DNA of 32,000 bases from Nitrosopumilus sp. (lineage in GTDB: Archaea; Thermoproteota; Nitrososphaeria; Nitrososphaerales; Nitrosopumilaceae). The number at the start of each line of letters is the position of its first letter. Positions within the stretch are counted from its first letter, which is position 1. Below, in pieces: positions 14,608-23,035 of this stretch. The DNA lies in NCBI GenBank assembly GCA_963662625.1, contig OY759726.1, forward strand, positions 1,179,867 through 1,211,866, in the 5' to 3' direction. The translations under genes were made by a program, and so were the position numbers. Below the pieces are notes generated by a model, which was not told where the DNA came from, did no database searches, and was given only the letters and a program-made list of their open reading frames with translations.

Positions 14608-15699
14608 ATGAGAAAGACAAGCATAGGGATAGACATAGGGAAGAGAAAGTGCGACGCGTGCGTGGTGGACGGGAACGGGAAGGTTCTCGAGAGGGGGCAG
14701 TACCCCAACACCCGGGACGGCGCGGCGAAGTTCGCAGGGGTGATGGCGCGCAGGTACCTGGGCGGCGGCCCCTGCAGGGCCGCCTGCGAGACGACTGGCA
14801 ACATGTGGAACAAGACGTTTGACGCCTTCGAGGCGGCCGGGATCGACATCAAACTGGCCAACACGTACAAGATGGCCCTGATAGCCAGGACCGCCAAGAA
14901 GACCGACAGGATTGACGCAGAGAAGATAGCGCAGGTGCTGAGGATGGACATGATACCGGAGTGCTACGTCCCCCCGGGCCACACCAGGGGGATACGCGCG
15001 ATGGTCAGGCAGAGGGTGAGGCTGGTCCAGGACAGGACGCGCGTGATAAACCGCGTCCACAGCCTCCTGGACCGCCACGACATCCAAATGGACGCCTCCA
15101 CCATGCACTCCGAAAAGGCCTTGGGGCAGCTGGAATCTGCGGAGCTGGGCTCTGGGCACGACGGGTTGGTCCTGGGCCAGTGCGCCCGGCAGGTGAGGCA
15201 CCTGACGGAGGAGATCTCCGTGACGGAGGGGCTCCTCGAGATGGAGGCCGCCCACAACGGTGACGCGAGGCTGCTGGCCAGCATGACCGGCGTCGGCACG
15301 TTCACCGCGGTGCTGATGGCCTCCGAGATCGGGGACGTCTCCAGGTTCAGGGGGCCAAGGCAGATGGTGTCGTGGGCCGGGCTGTGCCCGGTGGTCTACC
15401 AGTCGGGGAACCAGCTGTACACGGGGAGGATCAAGAAGATCGACTCCAGCAGCCTGGTCAACTGGGCCATGTGCGAGGCCGCGAACACCGCCGTGCGGCA
15501 CGACGCCAGGATGGAAGCCGTGTATGCGTCCGCGCGCCGGAGGCACGCGGACAAGCATGGGCCGGCAATCATAGTGGTGGCCCACAAGATGGTCACCATA
15601 ATGTGGCACATGCTGACCACCAAGACACCCTACGAGTCCCGCAACGAGAGGCTGTACCGGCGCAAGCTGGCCAGGATGGAGAAGGCGCGCCGGGGGTGA
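14608..15699 (+). CDS. IS110-family (DEDD) transposase/recombinase
   Basis: 363 aa. Contains IGIDIGKRK, CETTGNMW and KTDRIDAEKIA in the N-terminal RuvC-like DEDD domain. The C-terminal domain has MTGVGTFTAVLMASEIGDVSRF...SWAGLCPVVYQSGN. A strong SD-like ggaggtga lies 10 nt upstream. Confidence 0.95.
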   Translation: MRKTSIGIDIGKRKCDACVVDGNGKVLERGQYPNTRDGAAKFAGVMARRYLGGGPCRAACETTGNMWNKTFDAFEAAGIDIKLANTYKMALIARTAKKTDRIDAEKIAQVLRMDMIPECYVPPGHTRGIRAMVRQRVRLVQDRTRVINRVHSLLDRHDIQMDASTMHSEKALGQLESAELGSGHDGLVLGQCARQVRHLTEEISVTEGLLEMEAAHNGDARLLASMTGVGTFTAVLMASEIGDVSRFRGPRQMVSWAGLCPVVYQSGNQLYTGRIKKIDSSSLVNWAMCEAANTAVRHDARMEAVYASARRRHADKHGPAIIVVAHKMVTIMWHMLTTKTPYESRNERLYRRKLARMEKARRG

Positions 15700-15902
15700 C
15701 CCCCCGCGCTGCCCGCATCCCGGATCGTCTTGCCAGCGCTAGCTATAAATCTCATGCCATGCAACCCAGTCACGGATCGGAAAAACCGCGGGATGCATTG
15801 CGGCAACTACGCCTGAGTGGTTAACATAGGTGCACAACTGCCAGAAATTGCCGGGTCTAAACAGTTGAACCCCCGGCCCAACCATGTCAAACCGAAAAGG
15901 CC

Positions 15903-17045
15903 TTGGATCACGGCCGCGCACCGTCCCCGTTGGCTGCGACCGACAACGAGAAATACGTCAGGCGCGGGAGGGGCCTGGCTGTGTCGTATGACCCCGGCTG
16001 GGAGGACGACCTGAGGGAGGCCAACGCCGGCAAGGAGGGCGCCCCGTTCAGGTACGCCGGGGCGCTGGTCATGGCCGCCGCCGCGGTGAGGACCTCGCTC
16101 GGGGTCCAGTACAGGCAGCTGTCCGGGCTCCTCGCGGGGATGCTGGGGGGGCACGGCGCGCCGCACTACTCGGTGCTGGCCAGGAGGATGGCGCGCCTCG
16201 ACGTGGACATCGGCGGGGGAGTCGTCCGCGTCTCCGGCGGCGGCCAGCCCATGACCCTGCTGGCCGACGCCACGGGCCTGAAGCAGTGCAACCGGGGCGA
16301 GTGGATACGGAAGAAGTGGAAGGTGAAGCGCGGGTTCGTCAAGCTGCACCTGCTGGCCGACGCCGACACGAAGAAGATACTCGCGGCGGTGGTGACCGAC
16401 GACAGGACGGGCGACTCCCCCATGCTGAAGGAGCTCCTGGGAACCGTGGCGGGGCCGCGTGGCGGGAAGCCGGACGGGAAGCCGGCGGGGAAGCAGGGCG
16501 GGAAGCAGGACAGGCGCATGGCGCTGATCCGCGGGAAGGCAGCCGCGGCGGGGGATCCCCTGCCGCGCGTGGGCTCGCCCCCGCCCAACCTCCTCGCGAG
16601 CGGCGTGGCGCCGCTCGCGCTGCAGTGCGGCCAGCCGCCCGGCTCCCACGGGGCGCGCCTGATCGCGGACGGGGCGTACGCGTCGCGGGACAACATGCGG
16701 AGGTGCCGCGACATGGGCGTGGGGCCTATCATCCCGGTCAAGGTGGCGTCCACCGCCAGGGGCAAGGGCGCCGGCGGCGCGTGGGGCGAGGCGGTGCGGG
16801 ACCAGCTGGGGGGCGGCCCGGAGGCGCGCGTCGACAGGATGGGCACGAGGGAGAGGGAGGAGAACGTCCGGTACTGGAAGGCCAGGAAGGGGTACGGCAG
16901 GAGGTGGCTGATCGAGATAATCATATCGGCGTTCAAGAGGATGTTCGGGGACCACGTGCACTCGCGCAGGTGGGAGAACATCGTGCAGGAGGTAAGGCTC
17001 AGGGTGGCCCAGTACAACCGGTGGGCGGGGGAGGCGGGGGCGTAG
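15903..17045 (+). CDS. DDE transposase, IS4/IS5 superfamily
   Basis: 380 aa. Candidate catalytic residues are LLADATG, LIADGAY and RRWLIEI. A Y-2-R-3-E-6-K signature is readable in YGRRWLIEIIISAFK. The TTG start is uncertain. Contains a low-complexity insert, GGKPDGKPAGKQGGKQD. Confidence 0.85.
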   Translation: MDHGRAPSPLAATDNEKYVRRGRGLAVSYDPGWEDDLREANAGKEGAPFRYAGALVMAAAAVRTSLGVQYRQLSGLLAGMLGGHGAPHYSVLARRMARLDVDIGGGVVRVSGGGQPMTLLADATGLKQCNRGEWIRKKWKVKRGFVKLHLLADADTKKILAAVVTDDRTGDSPMLKELLGTVAGPRGGKPDGKPAGKQGGKQDRRMALIRGKAAAAGDPLPRVGSPPPNLLASGVAPLALQCGQPPGSHGARLIADGAYASRDNMRRCRDMGVGPIIPVKVASTARGKGAGGAWGEAVRDQLGGGPEARVDRMGTREREENVRYWKARKGYGRRWLIEIIISAFKRMFGDHVHSRRWENIVQEVRLRVAQYNRWAGEAGA

Positions 17046-17117
17046 GGACTCCAAGCGGCACGGCCTGGCCACGGCCCGGGGATCGTGCCGAGTTGTGCAA
17101 CAGACTAATGCCTAAGC

Positions 17118-17729
17118 ATGGTTTTTATCGGGGTAACTGAGAATTTTGGTCACTTGAGCGCTCAGGAATACAGGCACATAGTCAGGATAGTGGGAAACGA
17201 CATCCCGGGGGCCAAAAAGGTCGTGGTCGGCCTGACCCAGATCAAGGGGATCGGGCACAACTTTGCCACCGCGGTGCTGGACGTGCTGAAAATTGACGTC
17301 AATTCCAACGTCGGCTTTCTGACGGAGCCGCAGGTACATGCCATCGAAAAGCTGATCACCGATCCAAAGTCTGCCAACTTTCCCGCATGGTTCCTGAACC
17401 GGAGAAAGGACATCGATACGGGAAACGACATGCACCTGCTCACGTCTGACATCCCGTTCACGCTGAGAAACGACATCGAGCGTGAGAGGGTCACCAACAG
17501 CTGGAGGGGGTACCGGCACCTGTACGGCCTCAAGGTCAGGGGGCAGAGGACCCGGACCACCGGAAGAAAGGGCGGCGCGGTAGGCGTCGCAAAGGGCGGC
17601 AAGGCCGCACCAGTAAAACCATCAAAGCCTGGCGCGCTGGCGTCGCCTACGGGGGAGGCCGTGGCCGAACAGGGGACTCCGGCTAAGGCAGAGGGCGAGA
17701 AGGCGGCCCCGGAGGAGACTACGTCGTAG
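17118..17729 (+). CDS. rps13: 30S ribosomal protein S13 (uS13) with an Ala/Pro/Glu/Lys-rich C-terminal extension
   Basis: [14 protein letters not shown]...GLTQIKGIG...[24 protein letters not shown]. The ATG at 17118 lies inside the IS terminal repeat. The in-frame TTG at 17154 (giving [12 protein letters not shown]) is a more conventional N-terminus. Confidence 0.9.
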   Translation: MVFIGVTENFGHLSAQEYRHIVRIVGNDIPGAKKVVVGLTQIKGIGHNFATAVLDVLKIDVNSNVGFLTEPQVHAIEKLITDPKSANFPAWFLNRRKDIDTGNDMHLLTSDIPFTLRNDIERERVTNSWRGYRHLYGLKVRGQRTRTTGRKGGAVGVAKGGKAAPVKPSKPGALASPTGEAVAEQGTPAKAEGEKAAPEETTS

Positions 17730-17739
17730 GTGGCCGTGG

Positions 17740-18735
17740 ATGGGAGATCCAAAATACCCGCGGCGCGTGTGGAAGAAACCGAAGAGGCCCCTGAACTATG
17801 AACTAAAGATGGACGAGCTGAAGACGCTCGGCACGTTTGGGCTCAGGACAAAGAGGGAGCTGTGGAAGGCGCACACGGAGCTGTCCCGCGTAAGGCACCA
17901 GGCACGGTCGCTGCTTGCGCTGAGGCAGGAGATAAGGCAGGAGAAAGAGCCGATCCTGATGAGGTCGCTCGCAAGAATCGGGCTGGTCAGCGGAGACGCG
18001 ACCCTGGACGACGTGTTGAACCTGCAGGTAAACGACCTGCTTTCCCGCAGGTTGCAGACGATAGTGTCGAGGAAGCTGGGGTTTCAAACCCCGTACCAGG
18101 CAAGGCAGGCTGTCGTGCACGGCCACATAATGATCGGGGACAGGAAGGTAACCATCCCGTCATACACCGTGACACTGGAAGAGGAAGACGCGATTCGTTT
18201 TTCCCCGGAATCCACGATTGCGGAGATGTTGGAAAAGCACAAAAAGTCAACTGAGGAACCTGCAGAGGCCGCGCCAGAGACGCCGGCAGAGGCCGCGCCA
18301 GAGACGCCGGCAGAGGCCGCGCCAGAGACGCCGGCAGAGGCCGCGCCAGAGACGCCGGCAGAGGCCGCGCCAGAGACGCCGGCAGAGGCCGCGCCAGAGA
18401 CGCCGGCAGAGGCCGCGCCAGAGACGCCGGCAGAGGCCGCGCCAGAGACGCCGGCAGAGGCCGCGCCAGAGACGCCGGCAGAGGCCGCGCCAGAGACGCC
18501 GGCAGAGGCCGCGCCAGAGACGCCGGCAGAGGCCGCGCCAGAGACGCCGGCAGAGGCCGCGCCAGAGACGCCGGCAGAGGCCGCGCCAGAGACGCCGGCA
18601 GAGGCCGCGCCAGAGACGCCGGCAGAGGCCGCGCCAGAGACGCCGGCAGAGGCCGCGCCAGAGACGCCGGCAGAGGCCGCGCCAGAGACGCCGGCAGAGG
18701 AGAGTAAACAGGACGACAAGCCTTCACCGAACTAA
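17740..18735 (+). CDS. rps4: 30S ribosomal protein S4 (uS4) fused to an approximately 150-aa (AEAAPETP)n tail
   Basis: The N-terminal ~165 aa is a typical archaeal S4: GDPKYPRR...LRTKRELWK...LLSRRLQT, with an S4 RNA-binding domain ARQAVVHGHIMIGDRKVTIPSY. The same frame then reads through 18 repeat units to a stop at 18733-18735. Confidence 0.9.
   Translation: MGDPKYPRRVWKKPKRPLNYELKMDELKTLGTFGLRTKRELWKAHTELSRVRHQARSLLALRQEIRQEKEPILMRSLARIGLVSGDATLDDVLNLQVNDLLSRRLQTIVSRKLGFQTPYQARQAVVHGHIMIGDRKVTIPSYTVTLEEEDAIRFSPESTIAEMLEKHKKSTEEPAEAAPETPAEAAPETPAEAAPETPAEAAPETPAEAAPETPAEAAPETPAEAAPETPAEAAPETPAEAAPETPAEAAPETPAEAAPETPAEAAPETPAEAAPETPAEAAPETPAEAAPETPAEAAPETPAEAAPETPAEAAPETPAEESKQDDKPSPN
18262..18700. 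repeat. 24-bp perfect tandem repeat, 18 full copies plus a 7-nt partial copy
   Basis: Unit gcagaggccgcgccagagacgccg starts at 18262+24k for k=0..17. I saw no mismatch. No stop codon in any of the six frames across the array. Confidence 0.97.
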
Positions 18736-18784
18736 CTACAAGGAAAGATTATCAACAAATAGCCCCAAAAAGAAGAGTTTAACC

Positions 18785-20542
18785 ATGTGTTCAATCATAG
18801 GCTATTCCGGAAAAAACACCGCGGCGCCAATTCTGGTCAAGGGACTAAAGCGGATGGAATACCGCGGGTATGACAGCGTGGGGGTGGCCACGGAGTCAGG
18901 CAACCGGATCGAACTGAAAAAGGGGACGGGCAAGGTACACGAGGTCAACGCCAGGCTCAAGCTAACGGTACTGCCGGGCAAGGTGGGGATAGGCCACACG
19001 CGGTGGGCAACACACGGAAGCATAACGGACTCCAACGCGCACCCGCACCAGAGCAATTCCGGACGGATCGCAATAGTCCACAACGGGATAGTAGAGAATT
19101 TTGAAGAGCTGAGGGCCGGATTGAAAGACAGTGGGTACCGGTTCAAGAGCGACACGGACAGCGAGGTCATCGCCAACCTCTTGCAAAAAAACCACGAGGA
19201 ATGCGGTGACGTCAAGCAGGCGATGCTCAAGACCGTGTCGGAGCTAAAGGGCCACTACTCGTTCGTGGCCATGTTCGAAGGCGGCCAGCTGGCCGCGGCG
19301 AGGTTCCACGAGCCGCTCATAATAGGGCTGGGCCGGGGGGGCTACTTCCTGTCAAGCGACGTGCTCGGGTTCATCGAGCAGACGGACGACGCGATTTACA
19401 TCGACAGCATGAACCTGGCGATCGTGGACGGGGGGAGGCTGGAGATCGTCGACTTTGACGGCAACGAGGTGGCCCATGACGCCACCAAGGTCTCAAAGGA
19501 ATTCGCCGACGCGTACAAGGGGGAATACGCGCACTTTACCCTGAAGGAGATCTCCGAGCAGCCCGAAATCATCCTGAGGGCCAGCGAGGACGCTGACGCG
19601 AGCCTCAAAAAGGCAGCCGCCCTGATCAAAAGCTCCGGCAACGTCTTCATCACGGGCAGTGGCACCAGTTACAACGCCGCGCTGATCGGAAGGCAGCTGT
19701 TCTCAAAGTATGCCAAGATCAAGGCCGAGCCCGTGATTTCGAGCGAGCTGCCGTTCCTGTCGGAAGTGATAGAGCCCCGCTCCGCCCTGATTGCCATCTC
19801 GCAGAGCGGCGAAAGCGCGGACGTCCTTGAGGCGGTAAGCATCGCAAAAAAAGCCGACTGCACGATAATCTCCATAGTGAACCACCTCACGTCGTCCCTC
19901 GCCAGGGAGTCGGACGTGGTGGTGGGGATGAACTGCGGGCCGGAGATAGGGGTAGCCGCGACGAAGAGCTTCACGGCGCAGATAGCAATCCTATACAAGT
20001 TCCTGCAGGAAATGACCAGCGGGCTCGGGATAGACTTTGCGGAAATCTCGGGGGCGGTCTCGGAGATACTGGAGGACCAGTCCGTGATCAAGGAGATCGC
20101 AGGCAGCATCAAGGAGATCACCGACATCTACGTGCTGGGACGGGGGATCCACTACCCAATCGCGATGGAGTCGGCCCTGAAGCTAAAGGAGCTGACGTAC
20201 ATCCACGCCGAAGGCATCGCAGGCGGGGAACTGAAGCACGGCCCGCTCGCGCTGATGGATCCCGACGTGTTTGTAGTATTCATCAACCCCGACGACTCGA
20301 CATACGCCGACACGATAATAAGCGCGCGGGAGATAAAGGCCAGGGGCGCGAAGGTCATCGGGATATCGGACGTAGAGAGCGACGTATACGACTACTGGAT
20401 CCGGATTCCCAAGACGGGGAACCTGGCATACGTGATCACCGAGATAGTGCCAGTCCAGCTGCTGTCGTACTACGCCGCGCTGAAAAAAGACACGGATCCC
20501 GACTACCCGAGGAACCTGGCAAAGTCAGTCACCGTCAAATGA
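18785..20542 (+). CDS. glmS: Glutamine--fructose-6-phosphate aminotransferase (isomerising)
   Basis: The start MCSIIGY gives the obligatory N-terminal Cys of class-II amidotransferases. Two SIS domains are present (GSGTSYNA, SQSGESADV), with the C-terminus PRNLAKSVTVK. The 774-aa track ORF from 18218 is read-through of the repeat array. Confidence 0.95.
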   Translation: MCSIIGYSGKNTAAPILVKGLKRMEYRGYDSVGVATESGNRIELKKGTGKVHEVNARLKLTVLPGKVGIGHTRWATHGSITDSNAHPHQSNSGRIAIVHNGIVENFEELRAGLKDSGYRFKSDTDSEVIANLLQKNHEECGDVKQAMLKTVSELKGHYSFVAMFEGGQLAAARFHEPLIIGLGRGGYFLSSDVLGFIEQTDDAIYIDSMNLAIVDGGRLEIVDFDGNEVAHDATKVSKEFADAYKGEYAHFTLKEISEQPEIILRASEDADASLKKAAALIKSSGNVFITGSGTSYNAALIGRQLFSKYAKIKAEPVISSELPFLSEVIEPRSALIAISQSGESADVLEAVSIAKKADCTIISIVNHLTSSLARESDVVVGMNCGPEIGVAATKSFTAQIAILYKFLQEMTSGLGIDFAEISGAVSEILEDQSVIKEIAGSIKEITDIYVLGRGIHYPIAMESALKLKELTYIHAEGIAGGELKHGPLALMDPDVFVVFINPDDSTYADTIISAREIKARGAKVIGISDVESDVYDYWIRIPKTGNLAYVITEIVPVQLLSYYAALKKDTDPDYPRNLAKSVTVK

Positions 20543-21602
20543 AGACCCTGCCGTATTCCTTCTGCGCCAGCTCCAAAAAGCACGCCGACGTGCTCCCGGT
20601 CTTGGCCATGGACGAGATGATCGTGCCGCCCGCCCCGGCGCCCTCCTTGACGTGCCCCTCGGAGAACGCCCTCAGTCCGGGAAACCTGGAGTCTTCCAGG
20701 CCGGGGTCCACCGCGATTGCCGGGATGTCGGCGATCTCCGACACCATGCCCCTGATGTCGGCGCTCCGGTCGTCTAGTATGTACGATGTGGTGCCGAGCA
20801 CGGTGTTTGACTCGTCAAATCCCACCTTCGACGCGAATGCCAGGACGGCGGCCATCTGGGTCCCGCCCGCCAGCATGACCTTGGACGCCGTGGACGCCGC
20901 GCTGAGCATGCCTGCGACGAACGCTATCATCGGGTCACCCACGTTCGCTACCACCTCGTAGGGGTTCGCGGCAGGCGACCTCTCCAGCGCCTCTTCGGCC
21001 ACCCTGTTTTTCAGGGCCACGGGGTTGTCGGCCATGCTGGAACTGACCCTCGCGTTGAACCCGAGCCCCCGCAACACAGCCAGGGCGGTGGTGGTCCCCC
21101 CCGGGATGCTCTCCCCTATCACCAGGCAGTCGGTCATGGATGCCAGCGTGCGGCCGACGATCCTGCCATAGTCTATCGCGTGGGACACCTCAGAGCCGGA
21201 CATCGCGGCCTCCGCGGAGATGTTCTTCCCGCAGGCCAGCCCGGTGCTCACGTACGGCAGCTTCGGGGCAACCATGCTGCCCGCGTCGATCGCGACGTGG
21301 GGGATGCTCGATGACTCCAGGGCGGTCTTCGTCAGCAGGGCCGGCGTGGGCTTTCCGTCGGGGGTCACCGGGATCCCCCTGATGGTCTTGCAGCTGCCGT
21401 AGTAGAGGTACTCTGCGTCGGCAGCAGGAGTGAACTTCATCGACTCCCGGTCCGCCCCGGCAAGAGTTATCCCGGGAATCTCGCAGGTCTCCGTGTAGGA
21501 CATGACAAACGAGAACAGGAATCTCCCCTTCCTGGATCCCTCGACAAACTCCGAGGCCTTCTCCGAATCCCCAAAAAACGTGAAGTCGCCAAGACGGTCC
21601 AT
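20535..21602 (-). CDS. cobT: Archaeal-type CobT-like protein (UPF0284 / nicotinate-nucleotide--dimethylbenzimidazole phosphoribosyltransferase family)
   Basis: 355 aa. The GESIPGGTTTA motif and overall pattern match, as I recall it, the archaeal TIGR00303/UPF0284 family. Its 3' end overlaps glmS by 8 bp (convergent genes). Confidence 0.7.
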   Translation of the reverse strand: MDRLGDFTFFGDSEKASEFVEGSRKGRFLFSFVMSYTETCEIPGITLAGADRESMKFTPAADAEYLYYGSCKTIRGIPVTPDGKPTPALLTKTALESSSIPHVAIDAGSMVAPKLPYVSTGLACGKNISAEAAMSGSEVSHAIDYGRIVGRTLASMTDCLVIGESIPGGTTTALAVLRGLGFNARVSSSMADNPVALKNRVAEEALERSPAANPYEVVANVGDPMIAFVAGMLSAASTASKVMLAGGTQMAAVLAFASKVGFDESNTVLGTTSYILDDRSADIRGMVSEIADIPAIAVDPGLEDSRFPGLRAFSEGHVKEGAGAGGTIISSMAKTGSTSACFLELAQKEYGRVFI

Positions 21603-21683
21603 CAGCCGTGTTTATGGGGGCCCGGGAGGTAAAAAACCTAGCCAATCACCGGATCGTTTCGGCCGGGTCCGCGGCCCGGCGCG

Positions 21684-22292
21684 TCACCCCAGGGCGCCGA
21701 CAAACTCCTGCTCCGTGCGCCTCTGCAGTACTGGGTTTGACGCCTTCTCCTCGCCCATGGTGGAGGTTGCGGCGCGGCCGTAGTCGTGCCCGGGATAGAG
21801 CACGAGGCCGTCGTCAAGGGGGTACATGACGTCGAACAGGCTGTGGTACAGCTCCCTCGAGCTCCCGCCCGGGAGATCCACCCTGCCGCAGGTGCCCACG
21901 AACAGGGTGTCCCCGGAGAAGATCTTGCCGTCGCCCACCAGGCACATGCTGTCCTTGGAGTGGCCGGGGGTGTGCAGCACCTTCAGCCTCGAGTCCCCGA
22001 ACTCGATCACGTCGCCGTCCCTGACCGAGATGTCGCGCTCCAGCTCCGAGGCCTCGTGCTGGATGATCTTCGCGCCCGTGGAAGCCGCCATCCCATCGTT
22101 TCCGAGCGTGTGGTCGAAATGGTGGTGCGTGTTGACGACGTATTTCACCTTCAGGCCGTTGCGCATTATGACCCGCTCGATCTCGGGCAGGTCCCAGGAC
22201 GGGTCTATGACTACCGCCTGGCCGGTACCCTCGTCTGCGACGACGTAGGTAAAGTTCTGCATGCCCCCGACCCGGACCTGATGCACCCTCAT
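21684..22292 (-). CDS. MBL-fold metallo-hydrolase (glyoxalase II-like)
   Basis: I prefer ATG 22292 (MRVHQVRVGGMQNFTYVV...). It overlaps the upstream stop as ATGA. Contains the THHHFDH (HxHxDH) zinc motif, then HTPGHS and PGHDY. The track's N-terminal extension to 22487 is Arg/Gly-rich junk. Confidence 0.85.
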   Translation of the reverse strand: MRVHQVRVGGMQNFTYVVADEGTGQAVVIDPSWDLPEIERVIMRNGLKVKYVVNTHHHFDHTLGNDGMAASTGAKIIQHEASELERDISVRDGDVIEFGDSRLKVLHTPGHSKDSMCLVGDGKIFSGDTLFVGTCGRVDLPGGSSRELYHSLFDVMYPLDDGLVLYPGHDYGRAATSTMGEEKASNPVLQRRTEQEFVGALG

Positions 22293-22936
22293 AGCACTCC
22301 CTCTTCCGCCTCGGGCGGGATGCCGATTTTTTCCACCAGCAGCTCGCCCGTCAGGTCCCTCCTCCTCGGAATCCCGCGCTTCATCTTGTGGAACGTCACC
22401 GTCATGTCGGCCTTGACAAACACGTTTGCCGTCTCCCCCGTCTGCGGATCCAGGCCGGAAGGCACGTCTACTGCAAGCTTGAAACAACCCGCCTGGTTGA
22501 CGTACCCTATCGCGGAGGCGTAGGGCTCCCTGATCTCCCCCGCGATCCCGGTACCCAGCATGCCGTCCACGATCGCGTCAGGCCGGAGGTCGGCGCCGGG
22601 GGCCCCGCCGGGCACCAGCCTTACCGACGGCATCTTCTGCAGGATCGACCAGTTCCACCGGCTCTCCTCCGTCTTGATGTCCCCGGGCTGGCCCATGAGC
22701 ACCACCGTGACCGCCGCGCCGTAGCCGGCCAGGTGGCGCGCCATCACCAGGCCGTCGCCCCCGTTGTTTCCCATCCCGGCAAAGACGAGGATGCTCTTGG
22801 AGCGGGGGTCGCCGAACCTCTCGACCATCCTCCCCACGGAGGCGGCGCCGGCGTTCTCCATCATGAACTTCTTCAGGAACCCCATGCGGTGCCCCCTGTC
22901 CTCGATCTGGTACATCTGGTCCACAGTGATCTCCAT
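22289..22936 (-). CDS. nnrE: NAD(P)H-hydrate epimerase (YjeF N-terminal domain family)
   Basis: I prefer ATG 22936 (MEITVDQMYQIED...). Contains ENAGAA...ILVFAGMGNNGGDGLVMARHL...DGMLGTG. The AT-rich box aataaattattat lies about 22-35 nt upstream. Confidence 0.8.
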   Translation of the reverse strand: MEITVDQMYQIEDRGHRMGFLKKFMMENAGAASVGRMVERFGDPRSKSILVFAGMGNNGGDGLVMARHLAGYGAAVTVVLMGQPGDIKTEESRWNWSILQKMPSVRLVPGGAPGADLRPDAIVDGMLGTGIAGEIREPYASAIGYVNQAGCFKLAVDVPSGLDPQTGETANVFVKADMTVTFHKMKRGIPRRRDLTGELLVEKIGIPPEAEEGVL

Positions 22937-23035
22937 GGGCTGGGATGGGACGGCGCGAGATAATAATTTATTGAAACACGCCGCGGCCGGCCCGCGCTGC
23001 AAACGGCTTTATCCTAGTTGGGCGCGCCACTAGGC

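Larger units (their letters stand above)
14428..15832 (+). mobile_element. IS110-family insertion sequence (1405 bp)
   Basis: Imperfect terminal IRs: aacacatgataaccacccaggcgtagttgcc (14428-14458) versus ggcaactacgcctgagtggttaacataggtg (15802-15832). A single DEDD-type transposase ORF. TG is present at both junctions, so the boundaries could shift by 2 nt. Confidence 0.75.
14393..17121. mobile_element. Composite locus: a DDE-type IS (IS4/IS5 superfamily) whose left inverted repeat is interrupted by an IS110-family element
   Basis: The left end is ccatgcctaatagtctgttg (14393-14412). The reverse complement of the right end (17091-17121) is ccatgcttaggcattagtctgttgcacaact. The IR continuation cacaact is found at 15833-15839, just after the inner element. 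Confidence 0.7.

Noticed and set aside
17987-18727. Two minus-strand repeat ORFs (PLPASLAR…n and AGVSGAAS…n) across the S4 repeat
   Set aside because: These are antisense readings of the same stop-free tandem array. They have no independent start or promoter context, and the sense frame is continuous with a bona fide S4 domain.
18218-20542. 774-aa ORF beginning MRRCWKST…RPRQRRRQ… and running into glmS
   Set aside because: The first 190 codons are simply the +3 reading of the S4 24-bp repeat array, which has no stops in any frame. GlmS must begin with Met-Cys (MCSIIGY) at 18785 for amidotransferase chemistry.
21684-22487. Longer N-terminal extensions offered by the ORF track: MBL hydrolase to 22487, epimerase to 23002, ZIP to 12163, GGPPS to 28520, mvk to 26628, rpoN to 23757, repeat protein to 7455
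   Set aside because: The extensions are compositionally aberrant or overlap the upstream gene. Internal starts give canonical family N-termini, signal peptides, stop/start coupling (ATGA, TTGA) or correctly spaced TATA-like boxes.
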